This document shows, piece by piece, positions 39,057 to 49,623 of a DNA stretch of 64,000 nt. The translations under genes were made by a program, and so were the position numbers. The first letter of the stretch is position 1, and every line of letters begins with the position of its first letter. This DNA comes from Patescibacteria group bacterium (lineage in GTDB: Bacteria; Patescibacteriota; Microgenomatia; UBA1400; PJMF01). Below the pieces are notes generated by a model. The model was not told where the DNA came from. It did no database searches and was given only the letters and a program-made list of their open reading frames with translations. Location of the stretch: the NCBI GenBank assembly GCA_041747555.1, contig JBGTEY010000013.1, positions 144,814-208,813 of the forward strand, given 5' to 3'.

Positions 39057-39644
39057 ATGTCAAACACAATTATCTTACTAGTCGTTCTTGCAGGTCTGGT
39101 AGCGTATGTTATTTCAATTTACAACACCCTCCAGAGACTCAAAACTCAAATTACCGCCAGCATTCAAGAAATTGGCAACCAACTCAAGCGTCAAGCTTCA
39201 TTGATTCCTAATTTAGAAAACTCGGTAAAAGGTTTTCTCAAGCATGAGTCAGGAATCTTCAAGATGCTGACCGATGCACGCAAATCTGTCGAAGCTGCGA
39301 ATAAAACAGGTAGCCCAGCAGATATAGAAGAAGCAATTTCTAAAGTGCAATCAATGGTCCCTCAAATTCAAGTTGCTGTTGAAGATAATCCAGAACTCAA
39401 AAGTGACGTGACAGTTACCAAATTCATGAGTGAATTAACCGATACGGCAGATAAATTGACGTACGCACGACGCGCACTCATTGACCTCAGTCAAGCATTT
39501 AATGAAAAACTAGTCATGTTCCCATCAAACATAATTGCAGGTCTCTTCGGATTCAAAGAAGAGAAAGGATTAGTGACTGCAATGACTGGTGATCATGTGT
39601 CAGTTTCTTCTCAAGAAATGAAAGACATCAAGGTTGATCTCTAA
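39057..39644 (+). CDS. LemA family membrane protein
   Basis: N-terminal TM, LemA signature IYNTLQRLKTQI...NLENSVKGFLKHE; SD AAAGGAAA. Confidence 0.8.
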   Translation: MSNTIILLVVLAGLVAYVISIYNTLQRLKTQITASIQEIGNQLKRQASLIPNLENSVKGFLKHESGIFKMLTDARKSVEAANKTGSPADIEEAISKVQSMVPQIQVAVEDNPELKSDVTVTKFMSELTDTADKLTYARRALIDLSQAFNEKLVMFPSNIIAGLFGFKEEKGLVTAMTGDHVSVSSQEMKDIKVDL

Positions 39645-39662
39645 ATCTAGTACAATTCAGAT

Positions 39663-40586
39663 ATGACTCATTATCAGCTTGTTTCACAAAATAAGCGTCG
39701 GTCGGTGGTAATAATGGTGCTGTTTACAGCATTTATCGTCGGCGCAACGTACCTCATGACCATCGGTTTAGGATATGGACTTGATGTGGTTGGTATCGCG
39801 CTTATTTTCTCTGGAATTACATCATTTGTCTCGTATTGGTGGTCTGACAAAATAATTTTAGGCATTTCTGGAGCCCGAAAGGCTACTAGAGAAGAATTTT
39901 TTGATTACTATACCGTCACTGAAAACCTAGTCATTGGCAGTAGAATGCCCATGCCACAGTTATATGTTATCGATGACACAGCCATGAACGCATTTGCTAC
40001 TGGTCGAGACCCAGAGCATGCGGTGGTATGTGCAACCACAGGCTTGTTGCAGCGTCTAGACCGAGGAGAAATAGAAGGTGTCGTTGCCCACGAGTTGTCT
40101 CATATTCAAAATTATGACATTCGATTGATGTCAATTGTGACTATTCTTGTCGGTCTGGTTGCGCTGCTCTCAGACTGGTTTTTGCGGATGACGTTTTGGG
40201 GTGGCAATCGGCGCGATTCTGACTCAAATCAAGGTGGGCAGCTTAAAATGGTTCTATTTGTAGTTGGGATTGTGCTGGCGTTGTTGTCTCCGCTGATTGC
40301 GCAACTGATCAAACTTGCAATCTCAAGAAGAAGAGAATTCTTAGCAGACGCAAGTGCGGTGGCAATGAGCAAAAATCCAGAAGGTCTTGCCAAAGCACTC
40401 GCGAAACTGTCACACGACAAAGAACCGCTCGAAGCTGCCAATAAAGCAACTGCTCACCTCTATATTGCTGATCCACTCAAAAATTTACACAGCGCTGTTG
40501 GCATGTTCTCAGGACTATTTCAAACGCATCCACCAATCGAAGATCGAATCTCTGCATTGCGTGGAATTTCTACCCAACAACAATAA
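39663..40586 (+). CDS. htpX: M48 family zinc metalloprotease HtpX
   Basis: HELSHIQNYD (HEXXH) plus TM helices; TACAAT 6 nt upstream of ATG. Confidence 0.8.
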   Translation: MTHYQLVSQNKRRSVVIMVLFTAFIVGATYLMTIGLGYGLDVVGIALIFSGITSFVSYWWSDKIILGISGARKATREEFFDYYTVTENLVIGSRMPMPQLYVIDDTAMNAFATGRDPEHAVVCATTGLLQRLDRGEIEGVVAHELSHIQNYDIRLMSIVTILVGLVALLSDWFLRMTFWGGNRRDSDSNQGGQLKMVLFVVGIVLALLSPLIAQLIKLAISRRREFLADASAVAMSKNPEGLAKALAKLSHDKEPLEAANKATAHLYIADPLKNLHSAVGMFSGLFQTHPPIEDRISALRGISTQQQ

Positions 40587-40623
40587 ATTTCACTCAAGAT
40601 ATATGGTATGATTACTTGATTTT

Positions 40624-40941
40624 ATGACGAAAAAAAATACGCCATTTACCAGCGCCCAAATGCAGCACGTAGCACAACTCGCAAATCTAGAGCTCACAGA
40701 TACTCAAGCAAAAAAACTAGCAACCGCATTTACAGAAACTATGGAGGTTGTCAATCGTCTCCAACAGCTCGACATTTCATCAGTTGAACCCACGCATCAA
40801 GTTACAGGACTTACTAATCGCTGGCGAGAAGATGAAGTAGACAAGTCCCAAGAATTTACTCAAGAAGAAGCGCTACATAATGCAGCGCACACTCACAATG
40901 GATATTTTGTAGTACCAAGGATAGTTAATCAAGATTCATGA
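40624..40941 (+). CDS. gatC: Asp/Glu-tRNA(Asn/Gln) amidotransferase subunit C
   Basis: ~100 aa, GatC pattern, directly upstream of gatA with 4-nt overlap. Confidence 0.8.
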   Translation: MTKKNTPFTSAQMQHVAQLANLELTDTQAKKLATAFTETMEVVNRLQQLDISSVEPTHQVTGLTNRWREDEVDKSQEFTQEEALHNAAHTHNGYFVVPRIVNQDS

Positions 40942-42341
40942 AATTGAGATCACTAACACTAGCAGAAACACGTAAGAAAATTCTTGAGAAATCAATTTCT
41001 CAGGCAGATGTTTACAACGATATTTTTGCATCAATAGCCGAGTCCAATACTGAACTAAACGTGTATCTCACCACGGTTGATAAAAAGAGTGCGCTCGAAA
41101 AAGCATCAGCTCAAATCAGCAATGAGCTTGCGGGATTACCGATTGCCGTCAAAGATAATTTCTGTACTCGAGACATGGAAACAACTGCCAGCTCTACAGT
41201 ACTTAAAGGATTTAAACCTCAATTTGAGTCAACAGTTACCAAAAAACTGCAAGAAAATGGTGGTGTAATCATTGGCAAAGTTAACTTAGATGCTTGGGCT
41301 CATGGCTCTTCAACCGAAACATCACAGTACGGACGATCATTAAATCCACGCAACCTCGAGCATTTGCCCGGTGGCTCATCGGGTGGCAGTGCCGCCGCTG
41401 TTGCCTCCGACATGTGCCTCGCTGCGCTCGGCACGGAAACCGCCGGCTCGATCCGCCAACCCGCCGCTTGGTGCGGAGTAGTCGGACTCAAACCAACTTA
41501 CGGCCGCTGCAGTCGCTACGGTGTCGCATCCATGGCCAGCTCCACAGACTCACCAGGACCATTAGCAAAAACGGTCGAGGATGCAGCACTCGTACTCAAC
41601 ACAATTGCAGGGCCAGACAAGTACGATGCAACAACCTCACCAAAGCCAGCTCCAGATTTCACCAAAACAATTGGAAAATCAATAAATGATATGAAGATTG
41701 GGTATATTTACCACGATCTCAAAGGGCTTGAGACTACCGCTGCGCTCTTTGAACCACAACTCAAAGTGTTTGAAAAACTAGGTGCGCACGTCGAGAAAGT
41801 CGACGCACTTGACCCAAATTATTCAGTTGGTTCATATACTGTTTTCCAGAGAGGAGAAGTGAGCAGTAATTTAGCTCGATATGATGGAATTCGGTATGGT
41901 AAAGACCGATCACACTTCGGTGAAGAAGCAAAACGCAGAATCATGCTCGGCACGTTCACTCTATCCAAAGGTCTTGCAGAAAAATACTACTCACTGGCTC
42001 AAAAAGTCCGCACCTTATACATTCAGGACTATGAAAAATTATTTAAAGAATACGATGTCCTCGTCTCGCTCAGCTCACCAGGTTTTGCAAAAAAAATCGG
42101 TGCAACTGAAGGCGAATCAATGTTTGGCGAATTAGAAGATATGCTCCTTGAACCAAGTTCAATCAGTGGATTACCAGGCATTTCAGTACCATGTTACAGA
42201 GATCCCAAAACCAATCTATATCTCGGTCTCAATATTGTAGCGCCACAGTGGAGAGAAGATTTGGTAATTCAAGTCGGACACGCATTTGAACGCGAAACAA
42301 AATGGAACAGTTGGCTCAACATCAATGAATCAAATGACTAA
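40938..42341 (+). CDS. gatA: Asp/Glu-tRNA(Asn/Gln) amidotransferase subunit A (amidase)
   Basis: GLPIAVKDNFCTRDMETTASS and GGSSGGSAAAVA amidase signature. Confidence 0.9.
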   Translation: MKLRSLTLAETRKKILEKSISQADVYNDIFASIAESNTELNVYLTTVDKKSALEKASAQISNELAGLPIAVKDNFCTRDMETTASSTVLKGFKPQFESTVTKKLQENGGVIIGKVNLDAWAHGSSTETSQYGRSLNPRNLEHLPGGSSGGSAAAVASDMCLAALGTETAGSIRQPAAWCGVVGLKPTYGRCSRYGVASMASSTDSPGPLAKTVEDAALVLNTIAGPDKYDATTSPKPAPDFTKTIGKSINDMKIGYIYHDLKGLETTAALFEPQLKVFEKLGAHVEKVDALDPNYSVGSYTVFQRGEVSSNLARYDGIRYGKDRSHFGEEAKRRIMLGTFTLSKGLAEKYYSLAQKVRTLYIQDYEKLFKEYDVLVSLSSPGFAKKIGATEGESMFGELEDMLLEPSSISGLPGISVPCYRDPKTNLYLGLNIVAPQWREDLVIQVGHAFERETKWNSWLNINESND

Positions 42342-43692
42342 CACTATGACCAATGCAAAGCCAAAATACCGACTCATCTGCGGACTAGAAATTCACGCAG
42401 AACTAAAAACTGCTTCAAAAATGTTTTGTGGATGTACAAATAACCCTTTTCACGCCAAAAAACCAAATAGTCATACCTGCCCAGTGTGCTTAGGCATGCC
42501 TGGTGGCCTCCCGGTTCCAAACAAAAAAGCAATCGAACAAACGATTCAACTCGGAATCGCGGTCGGAAGCAAAATTAATCAATTTTCAAAATTTGACAGA
42601 AAAAATTACTTCTATCCCGATCTAGCCAAAGGGTATCAGATCAGCCAGCTTGACATTCCTTTTTGTGAGGGAGGAGAAATTAAAACTCCAGAGGGTCAAG
42701 TTGGCATCACCAGAATTCACTTAGAGGAAGATACAGGAAAATTACTCCACAATACAGTCGATAATAAAAAAGTAAGCCTGGTTGACTTTAATCGAAGTGG
42801 CGTGCCCCTTGTTGAGATAGTCTCAGAACCAGACATCACAACACCATCCCAAGCAAAAGAATATGGCAAGGCTTTGCGAGATTTACTGAGATATCTCAAC
42901 CTGGCAGACTGCGACATGGAGCAAGGTGGCATGCGACTTGAAGCAAATATTTCTTTGATTGAGAGTACTGCGCCACAAGGCACACTACCGGATTACAAGG
43001 TTGAGGTGAAAAATATAAATTCATTTCGATTCATGGAGCAGGCAATTTTATATGAAATGGAGCGACAGGCAAAAATTCTCGATGCCGGAGAGACTCCAAC
43101 GCAAGAAACCAGAGGTTGGGATTCTACCAAAAATAAAACCTATGTACAGCGAGCCAAAGAAGACGCCGCCGACTATCGCTATTTCCCTGAACCAGACATC
43201 CCGCCAATTGAAATAAGCGATGCACATTTAGCAGAATTAAAGCAGCAACTCCCACAACTACCCTCAGAATTAAGAAGCGACTGGGAAACCAACTACTCCA
43301 TTCCGCTCAAAACTGCCAAGCTTTTATCACCAAACTCAGTTGCTGCCGCACATGTATCTGATATTTTTTCGCTTGCGCAAAAATCTGATATAAAACCGCT
43401 TGAGATAGCAAATGCAATTGTCAACAAAAAAATTGCATTCAGCGGCACAGAGACAGCAAAAGAAGTTATTCAACACTATCAAAAGCTAACCCAAACGGAT
43501 GAGGTTTCTGGCGATGAATTAACTATTATTATCCAAGCAGTAATTGCGGAAAATCAAGATGCTGCTGAAAAATATAAAAATGGCGAAACACAAGTGATTG
43601 GATTTTTCATAGGTCAAGTTGCCAGAGCAAGTGATAAAAAGCTCGATCCAAAGCACGTTCGATCAGCTCTGATAAAAGAACTTTCGCAGTAA
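42334..43692 (+). CDS. gatB: Asp/Glu-tRNA(Asn/Gln) amidotransferase subunit B
   Basis: YRLICGLEIHAELKTASKMFCGC...HTCPVCLGMPG; ATG 42334 overlaps gatA by 8 nt (ORF track 42286). Confidence 0.9.
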   Translation: MTNTMTNAKPKYRLICGLEIHAELKTASKMFCGCTNNPFHAKKPNSHTCPVCLGMPGGLPVPNKKAIEQTIQLGIAVGSKINQFSKFDRKNYFYPDLAKGYQISQLDIPFCEGGEIKTPEGQVGITRIHLEEDTGKLLHNTVDNKKVSLVDFNRSGVPLVEIVSEPDITTPSQAKEYGKALRDLLRYLNLADCDMEQGGMRLEANISLIESTAPQGTLPDYKVEVKNINSFRFMEQAILYEMERQAKILDAGETPTQETRGWDSTKNKTYVQRAKEDAADYRYFPEPDIPPIEISDAHLAELKQQLPQLPSELRSDWETNYSIPLKTAKLLSPNSVAAAHVSDIFSLAQKSDIKPLEIANAIVNKKIAFSGTETAKEVIQHYQKLTQTDEVSGDELTIIIQAVIAENQDAAEKYKNGETQVIGFFIGQVARASDKKLDPKHVRSALIKELSQ

Positions 43693-43748
43693 TTTTTTCG
43701 GCTATTTGGTACTCGAAACTCGATGAAAATTGCAAAAAATGCTTTTGC

Positions 43749-43853
43749 AAAAAAAGCTCCTTCCCGCAGTGGAAGGGGAAAGCGTGGCTCTCAACCCTTC
43801 CGTTCTTGCTTTCGCTTACCCGAACATAGGTCCGGGAAGCAATCGCAAGAGCC
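43749..43853 (-). ncRNA. candidate small RNA (class undetermined), promoter- and terminator-bounded
   Basis: Minus strand: -35 TTGCAT (43885-43880), 17-nt spacer, TGc-extended -10 TATACT (43862-43857), ~105-nt GC-rich structured transcript, terminator CCUUCC-N6-GGAAGG + U7 (43776-43749), second AT hairpin + U-run (43750-43726); no coding potential. Confidence 0.35.
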
Positions 43854-43930
43854 TATAGTATAGCATATACACAGCGAAAATGCAAGTTCTTACGCTTCAA
43901 GGGGTTCTCTGATACTATACCACTAGCACT

Positions 43931-46900
43931 ATGGCACAGACTGATTTTGTTCACCTCCATGTTCACACCGATTACTCTATGCTTGATGGCCTGAGTAAGA
44001 TTCCCCTCCTCACTGCGCGAGCGCTCGAACTCGGTCAAAAAGCAATTGCCATCACCGACCATGGCTCGATGTATGGCGCACTCCATTTTTATAATGAATG
44101 TAAAAAAGCTGGCATCAAACCAATAGTCGGGGTTGAGATCTACATGGCCAAAAAATCACGGTTTGATAAACAAACCAGAATGGGATCTGATCAGGCACAT
44201 TTGACGTTGCTGGCGCAGAATTTTGCAGGATATCAGAATTTAATGAAGTTGGTTTCAATAGCGCACCTTGAGGGATTTTCATATAAGCCGCGCATTGATG
44301 AAGAGGTGTTGTTTGCGCACTCAGAAGGTGTGATTGTTCTGAGCGGTTGCATGTCCAGTCCATTTAATAGACTGCTCCGTGAAAATGATGAAAAGGGGGC
44401 GCTCGAAAAATTCACACTCTATAAAAAGAAGTTTCCCGGTAGGTTTTATGTCGAACTCCAAGCGCATCCAGCCATCCATGAACTCGAACCCCTTACAGAG
44501 CAGTTGGTGGCAATTGCCAGAAAACTAGATCTGCCAATGGTTGCAACAAATGACGTGCACTACGTTTACCCAGATGATGCCGAAGCCCAAGACGCATTAC
44601 TCTGTGTGCAAACAAGAAAATTAATCAGCGACACGAATCGAATGTCGATGATGGATTCGCCAGATTTTTATTTGCGTTCCGGTGATGAAATGGCGGAATT
44701 ATTTCACAAATATCCTGAAGCACTCTCAAATACGATTGCATTGGCTGACACGATTGACCTAGAAATCCCAACAGGCCAACTTATTTTCCCGCTCTACGAA
44801 CTACCAAAAGGTAAAACAGAAGCAGAATTTCTCAAAGAAATGGTGCAAGAACGCGCCGAAAAGAAACTTAAAGAAATTACACCAGAAATTCAAAAGCGCA
44901 TTGATTATGAACTTGGTGTCATTAACGACAAAGGATACTCAACGTACTTCCTGATTACCCAAGATTTTGTAAACTGGGCAAAAGAACAGGGCATTGGAGT
45001 TGGTCCAGGAAGAGGTTCTGCTGCGGGATCAATTGTTTCGTATATATTGGGAATTACTGCGATTAATCCGTTGCAACACGGGCTGGCATTTGAGCGATTT
45101 CTCAATCCACAACGTCCCACACCCCCCGATATTGACCTCGATTTTGCCGATGATCGTCGTGATGAAGTTATTAAATATGTCTCAGATAAATATGGTGATG
45201 ATCGCGTTGCACACGTGATCACTTTTGGAAAAATGGAGGCGAGAGTATCGGTGCGTGATATTGGTCGGGTACTTGGAATGCCGTATGAAGATCCCGATAA
45301 AATTGCCAAACTCATTCCTAACATTCCTGGCAAAAAAACCCCACTCAAAAAAGCAGTTGAAACGGTCCCCGAATTAGCCCAGTACTACCAACAACCCAAA
45401 TTCCGCAAACTTATTGATCTAGCCCAAAAAGTAGAGGGCAGCATCCGCCATTCATCAGTCCACGCGGCAGCTATTATTATCACTGATGAGCCGCTCTCCA
45501 ACTACACCCCCATTCAACAAGACTCAAAATCCGGAAAAACTATTACCCAATATGACATGTACGCTCTGGACTGTAATGTCTCTGACGATGCGATTGGCTT
45601 GCTGAAATTTGACTTTTTGGGGCTCAGGAACCTTTCAACAATACAGAAGACAATAAATTTAATAAAAAAACATCATGACATCACAATTGATATCGCAGAG
45701 ATTCCCATTGATGATCAAAAAACCTTTGAACTTCTCTCGAGTGGTGACACAATGGGTGTATTTCAGCTTGAATCTGCAGGCATGCGGCGCGTAGCCAGAA
45801 GTCTGAAACCCAGCCAATTCTCAGACATTACCGCTATGGTTGCTCTGTATCGTCCTGGACCGATGGATCTTATCCCAACCTTTATTGAAGGAAAGCATAA
45901 TCCAGAAACGGTACAGTATCCTCATGAAAGCCTCATTCCAATTCTTAAAGAAACGTACGGAGTCATGGTGTACCAAGAGCAGATTTTGCAGATTGCGAAT
46001 TTGATGGCAAATTTCAGTCTTGGTGAAGCTGATATTCTGCGCCGTGCGATCGGAAAAAAGAAGAAAAAACTATTAGACGAAAATAAAAAACGATTCACGG
46101 AAGAATCGGTCAAAAATGGCTATGAGCGAGCGGTCGCTAACAAGGTTTGGGGATTTATTGAAGCTTTTGCAAATTATGGATTTAACAAAGCCCACGCTGC
46201 GAGTTACGCGATGATCGCCTACCAAACAGCATACCTCAAGGCAAATTACCCCGTGGAATATATGACCGCGCTAATGAGTATCGAATCTGGTTCTAATTCT
46301 GCACTCAGTGACAGTAGGGTCGCGCAAGCAATTGAAGCATGTAAGCAGATGGGAATTGTCGTCTTACCACCAAATATTAACAAATCTGATGATGATTTCA
46401 CCATCGAGCAAGATGAAAATTCTCTAGAAAAGAAAGCAATTCGTTTTGGACTGAATGCAATTAAGCATCTCGGGTCAGCGGCGATTGAAAACATCCTCGA
46501 AATAAAAAAAGACGAACATATCTTCAATTCGCTCACCCAATTTATTCATGAATCAGACAGTAGAAAAGTAAATAAAACATCGCTTGAAGCATTGATCAAA
46601 GTTGGCGCTATGGATGATTTTGGAACACGATCAAGCATGCTCGAAAATCTAGAAAATATTCGCCAAACTGCCTCGCAACTTTCATCTGCAGTAGAAGGCC
46701 AAGACTCGCTGTTTGCAGATATCAGAACGCCAGCCGCACAGCTTCAGGATACCTTCCCCGAACTTGCAGAATACCCACAGGCAGAGCTGTTGTCGTTTGA
46801 AAAAGAACTCCTGGGTATGTACTTAACCGATCACCCACTCGCAAGACAATTAAAATCCGTTACCAAACGCGCAAATAAAGAAATTGGCGATCTCGATCAC

Positions 46901-47392
46901 ACCATTCACACAGACCAGGTCTTCTTATTTGGTGGTGTGCTCAGCTCAGTCCGAGTCGTCAATACCAGAAAATCAGGCAAAGACATGGCGTTTGCCAAAC
47001 TAGAGGATAATACGGGGAGCGTTCCGGTCGTCATTTTCCCCAAGCTATACCAGGAAAGCAATCAAAGTGTCGGGGAAGATAAAGTAGTGCTTATTCGCGC
47101 TAAAGTAGACTATAGAGACGAAGAACTGCAACTCCTTGCAGAGAGTATCTCAGAGCCAGATGACACAGAGCTAACACACATCGGTAGCAGCGTGCACCGT
47201 GAGATTTTTATACCTCGCAAAACAAGCAAAGAAACCCTCGAAGCACTCGGTACATATCTCAAATCACAGCCAGGTAGTGAAAGTGTCATCGTCCTCATTC
47301 CCAATGGGGGTAAGCCGCAAAAAATGAAGCTCCCCTATGGGGTGGCATGGAACGAAGCAGTAGAAAAAAAGATTAAATCTTTATTAGAGTAA
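43931..47392 (+). CDS. dnaE: DNA polymerase III alpha subunit
   Basis: PHP domain HLHVHTDYSMLDG, 1153 aa. Confidence 0.95.
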   Translation: MAQTDFVHLHVHTDYSMLDGLSKIPLLTARALELGQKAIAITDHGSMYGALHFYNECKKAGIKPIVGVEIYMAKKSRFDKQTRMGSDQAHLTLLAQNFAGYQNLMKLVSIAHLEGFSYKPRIDEEVLFAHSEGVIVLSGCMSSPFNRLLRENDEKGALEKFTLYKKKFPGRFYVELQAHPAIHELEPLTEQLVAIARKLDLPMVATNDVHYVYPDDAEAQDALLCVQTRKLISDTNRMSMMDSPDFYLRSGDEMAELFHKYPEALSNTIALADTIDLEIPTGQLIFPLYELPKGKTEAEFLKEMVQERAEKKLKEITPEIQKRIDYELGVINDKGYSTYFLITQDFVNWAKEQGIGVGPGRGSAAGSIVSYILGITAINPLQHGLAFERFLNPQRPTPPDIDLDFADDRRDEVIKYVSDKYGDDRVAHVITFGKMEARVSVRDIGRVLGMPYEDPDKIAKLIPNIPGKKTPLKKAVETVPELAQYYQQPKFRKLIDLAQKVEGSIRHSSVHAAAIIITDEPLSNYTPIQQDSKSGKTITQYDMYALDCNVSDDAIGLLKFDFLGLRNLSTIQKTINLIKKHHDITIDIAEIPIDDQKTFELLSSGDTMGVFQLESAGMRRVARSLKPSQFSDITAMVALYRPGPMDLIPTFIEGKHNPETVQYPHESLIPILKETYGVMVYQEQILQIANLMANFSLGEADILRRAIGKKKKKLLDENKKRFTEESVKNGYERAVANKVWGFIEAFANYGFNKAHAASYAMIAYQTAYLKANYPVEYMTALMSIESGSNSALSDSRVAQAIEACKQMGIVVLPPNINKSDDDFTIEQDENSLEKKAIRFGLNAIKHLGSAAIENILEIKKDEHIFNSLTQFIHESDSRKVNKTSLEALIKVGAMDDFGTRSSMLENLENIRQTASQLSSAVEGQDSLFADIRTPAAQLQDTFPELAEYPQAELLSFEKELLGMYLTDHPLARQLKSVTKRANKEIGDLDHTIHTDQVFLFGGVLSSVRVVNTRKSGKDMAFAKLEDNTGSVPVVIFPKLYQESNQSVGEDKVVLIRAKVDYRDEELQLLAESISEPDDTELTHIGSSVHREIFIPRKTSKETLEALGTYLKSQPGSESVIVLIPNGGKPQKMKLPYGVAWNEAVEKKIKSLLE

Positions 47393-47446
47393 AACCACAA
47401 GATCTCGCGTTTACAGAGCCAATGCTCTGCTGTATAGTGTAGTCCC

Positions 47447-49132
47447 ATGAGCAACCGTGGGAGTAATTCCAATAATACTAAATTTATATTTGTTTCAGGC
47501 GGCGTTTTGTCGGGCTTGGGAAAAGGCATTACCGCCGCTTCCTTAGGATTACTGCTCAAGAATCACGGCTATTCTGTCACCAATCTTAAGTGCGAAAATT
47601 ACCTCAATCTCGATTCAGGAAATATTAATCCTATCGAGCATGGAGATGTATTTTTGTGCGAAGATGGACTTGAAGCTGACCTAGATCTTGGCTCGTATGA
47701 GCGCTTTTTATCTCAAGAAGTGGGAAGTGCTAATTTTACCACCATGGGTCAGATTTATACATCTGTCATTGAAAAAACCAAAGATCTGCACTTTGATGGG
47801 GCAACTGTTGATGCTATTCCATATGTTCCAGAGGAAGTAATTAGAAGAATCACCAAAACTGCAGAAGGACACGACATAATTCTCGTTGAACTCGGCGGCA
47901 CAACGGGCGAGTACCAGAATGTAATTTATTACGAAGCATACCGGATCATGAAATTGCGGTTCCCAGAAGATACAATTCATATTCATGTCACTTATTTCCC
48001 CAGACCACCGCATATCAATGAGCTCAAGTCAAAACCAACTCAACTCTCAGTCAAACTTTTGAACGAAATGGGTATCCAACCAGATTTCTTGGTCGGTCGT
48101 GCCGAACTCCCCATTGATGAGAGACGCAAAGAAAAAGTCGCTTACTACTGTAACATGCAGAAGGATGACGTTATTTCCAACCCAGATTGCTCGAGTATCT
48201 ATGAAATTCCCTTAATTTTTGCCGAGCAAGATTTTGACGATAAAGTGCTCCACAAACTCGGCCTCACCGCCAAACGCAGCAATCTCACCAACTGGAAAAA
48301 ACTCGTCGACCGCATCAATTCACCCAAAAAAGACCAACTCAGTATCGCAATTATTGCCAAATACATCGCAACCGGTGACTACGAGCTCAAAGATTCTTAC
48401 GTCTCACTCATCGAATCACTCAATTTTGCCAGCTGGAACCAAGATATTGATTTAGATATCGTATTCGTAAACGCTGAACACTTAGAAAAAGGCGACGCTC
48501 AGGCTGAAAAAGACCTCAAACGTGTCAATGGCATTATCGTGCCAATCGGTTGGGGAGATAGGGGAGTTGAGGGAAAAATCAAAGCAATTACCTACGCTCG
48601 TGAAAATAAAATTCCATACCTTGGGCTCTGCTATGGCATGCAATTAGCATCTGTCGAGTATGCCCGCAATGTGGTGGGTCTCGAGGGAGCGCACAGCACC
48701 GAAGTCAATCCAGAAACCCCTCATCCAATCATCCACGACATTCCATTTGAGAAAAAATACCAAAAAATCAAAGGCGCTGGTGCCAGCATGCGACTTGGAG
48801 CATATGACTGTGTTTTGAAGCCAGGAACCTTGGCCCATGAGATTTACAGCAAATATAAGGCATTCATTGACCCTAAAAACAATCTTATCTCAGAACGCCA
48901 CCGCCATCGCTATGAATTCAATAATGAGTATCGAAAACAACTTGAAGATGCCGGTTTTGTAATTTCTGGCACCTCACCCGATGATTTCTTTGTGGAAATG
49001 ATCGAGTTACCAAAGAAAAAACATCCATTCTTCTTGGCAACGCAGGCACATCCAGAGTATAAATCCCAGCCACTTGATCCACATCCTATTTTTGTGGAGT
49101 ATTTGAAAGCGGCTTTGAAGCATTCGAAGTAG
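47447..49132 (+). CDS. pyrG: CTP synthase
   Basis: KFIFVSGGVLSGLGKGITAASLG synthase N-terminus, C-terminal GATase LGLCYGMQ; TATAGT 8 nt upstream of ATG. Confidence 0.95.
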   Translation: MSNRGSNSNNTKFIFVSGGVLSGLGKGITAASLGLLLKNHGYSVTNLKCENYLNLDSGNINPIEHGDVFLCEDGLEADLDLGSYERFLSQEVGSANFTTMGQIYTSVIEKTKDLHFDGATVDAIPYVPEEVIRRITKTAEGHDIILVELGGTTGEYQNVIYYEAYRIMKLRFPEDTIHIHVTYFPRPPHINELKSKPTQLSVKLLNEMGIQPDFLVGRAELPIDERRKEKVAYYCNMQKDDVISNPDCSSIYEIPLIFAEQDFDDKVLHKLGLTAKRSNLTNWKKLVDRINSPKKDQLSIAIIAKYIATGDYELKDSYVSLIESLNFASWNQDIDLDIVFVNAEHLEKGDAQAEKDLKRVNGIIVPIGWGDRGVEGKIKAITYARENKIPYLGLCYGMQLASVEYARNVVGLEGAHSTEVNPETPHPIIHDIPFEKKYQKIKGAGASMRLGAYDCVLKPGTLAHEIYSKYKAFIDPKNNLISERHRHRYEFNNEYRKQLEDAGFVISGTSPDDFFVEMIELPKKKHPFFLATQAHPEYKSQPLDPHPIFVEYLKAALKHSK

Positions 49133-49191
49133 CTGCTACTTATTTCTATAGTGCTCAGTTTTATTGATATATTTTGATATACAATCTGTCT

Positions 49192-49566
49192 ATGGAAAAA
49201 GCCAGAAAAGTTGGTGAGGTAGTCAAAAAAATTGCGAAAGAATTGTACCAGGCTAGAGTAGAGCGAATACTTATGCCACTTATACTACTGAACATGGATT
49301 CCACTGGCGAGTGGATGGGTCCAGCATTGTTTTCAGCACTTGCTGGACTGGTAATTAGTGGCCTAGGAAGGCGTTCACTTGCAGAAGGGCTTGGAAGTGG
49401 ATTCGGAGCAGCCTTGCTTGTGGTCATAGCTGACCGCAGAGCAGAAATACTCGATGGTGATGCGATAGAAATATACTTCTGGGCCGGAGTCTACTTAGCT
49501 GCAAACGTTGCGCCACATTTAATTGGCAAATTGCTCTCTGGAATCGACACTTTGACTGGGGAATAA
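49192..49566 (+). CDS. small hypothetical membrane protein
   Basis: ATG 49192 six nt after TACAAT (ORF track TTG 49174); two predicted TM helices; competes with antisense ORF 49161-49427. Confidence 0.35.
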   Translation: MEKARKVGEVVKKIAKELYQARVERILMPLILLNMDSTGEWMGPALFSALAGLVISGLGRRSLAEGLGSGFGAALLVVIADRRAEILDGDAIEIYFWAGVYLAANVAPHLIGKLLSGIDTLTGE

Positions 49567-49623
49567 CCTGCTCAACATCTAAACATTGCAAATCTTCCAA
49601 TCCTCAAGTACAATACCTCTTCT

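Noticed and set aside
43820-43845. Plus-strand AGGTCCGGGAAGCAATCGC resembling the SRP RNA helix-8 motif AGGUCCGGAAGGAAGCAGC
   Set aside because: The 3-nt difference removes the GNRA tetraloop, so the helix cannot fold. There is no plus-strand promoter or terminator. It is treated as chance similarity; the region is instead interpreted as a minus-strand sRNA.
49161-49427. 88-aa minus-strand ORF antisense to the 49192-49566 gene
   Set aside because: The plus-strand alternative is longer, has TM helices and a TACAAT-6nt-ATG leaderless context. The choice remains low confidence.
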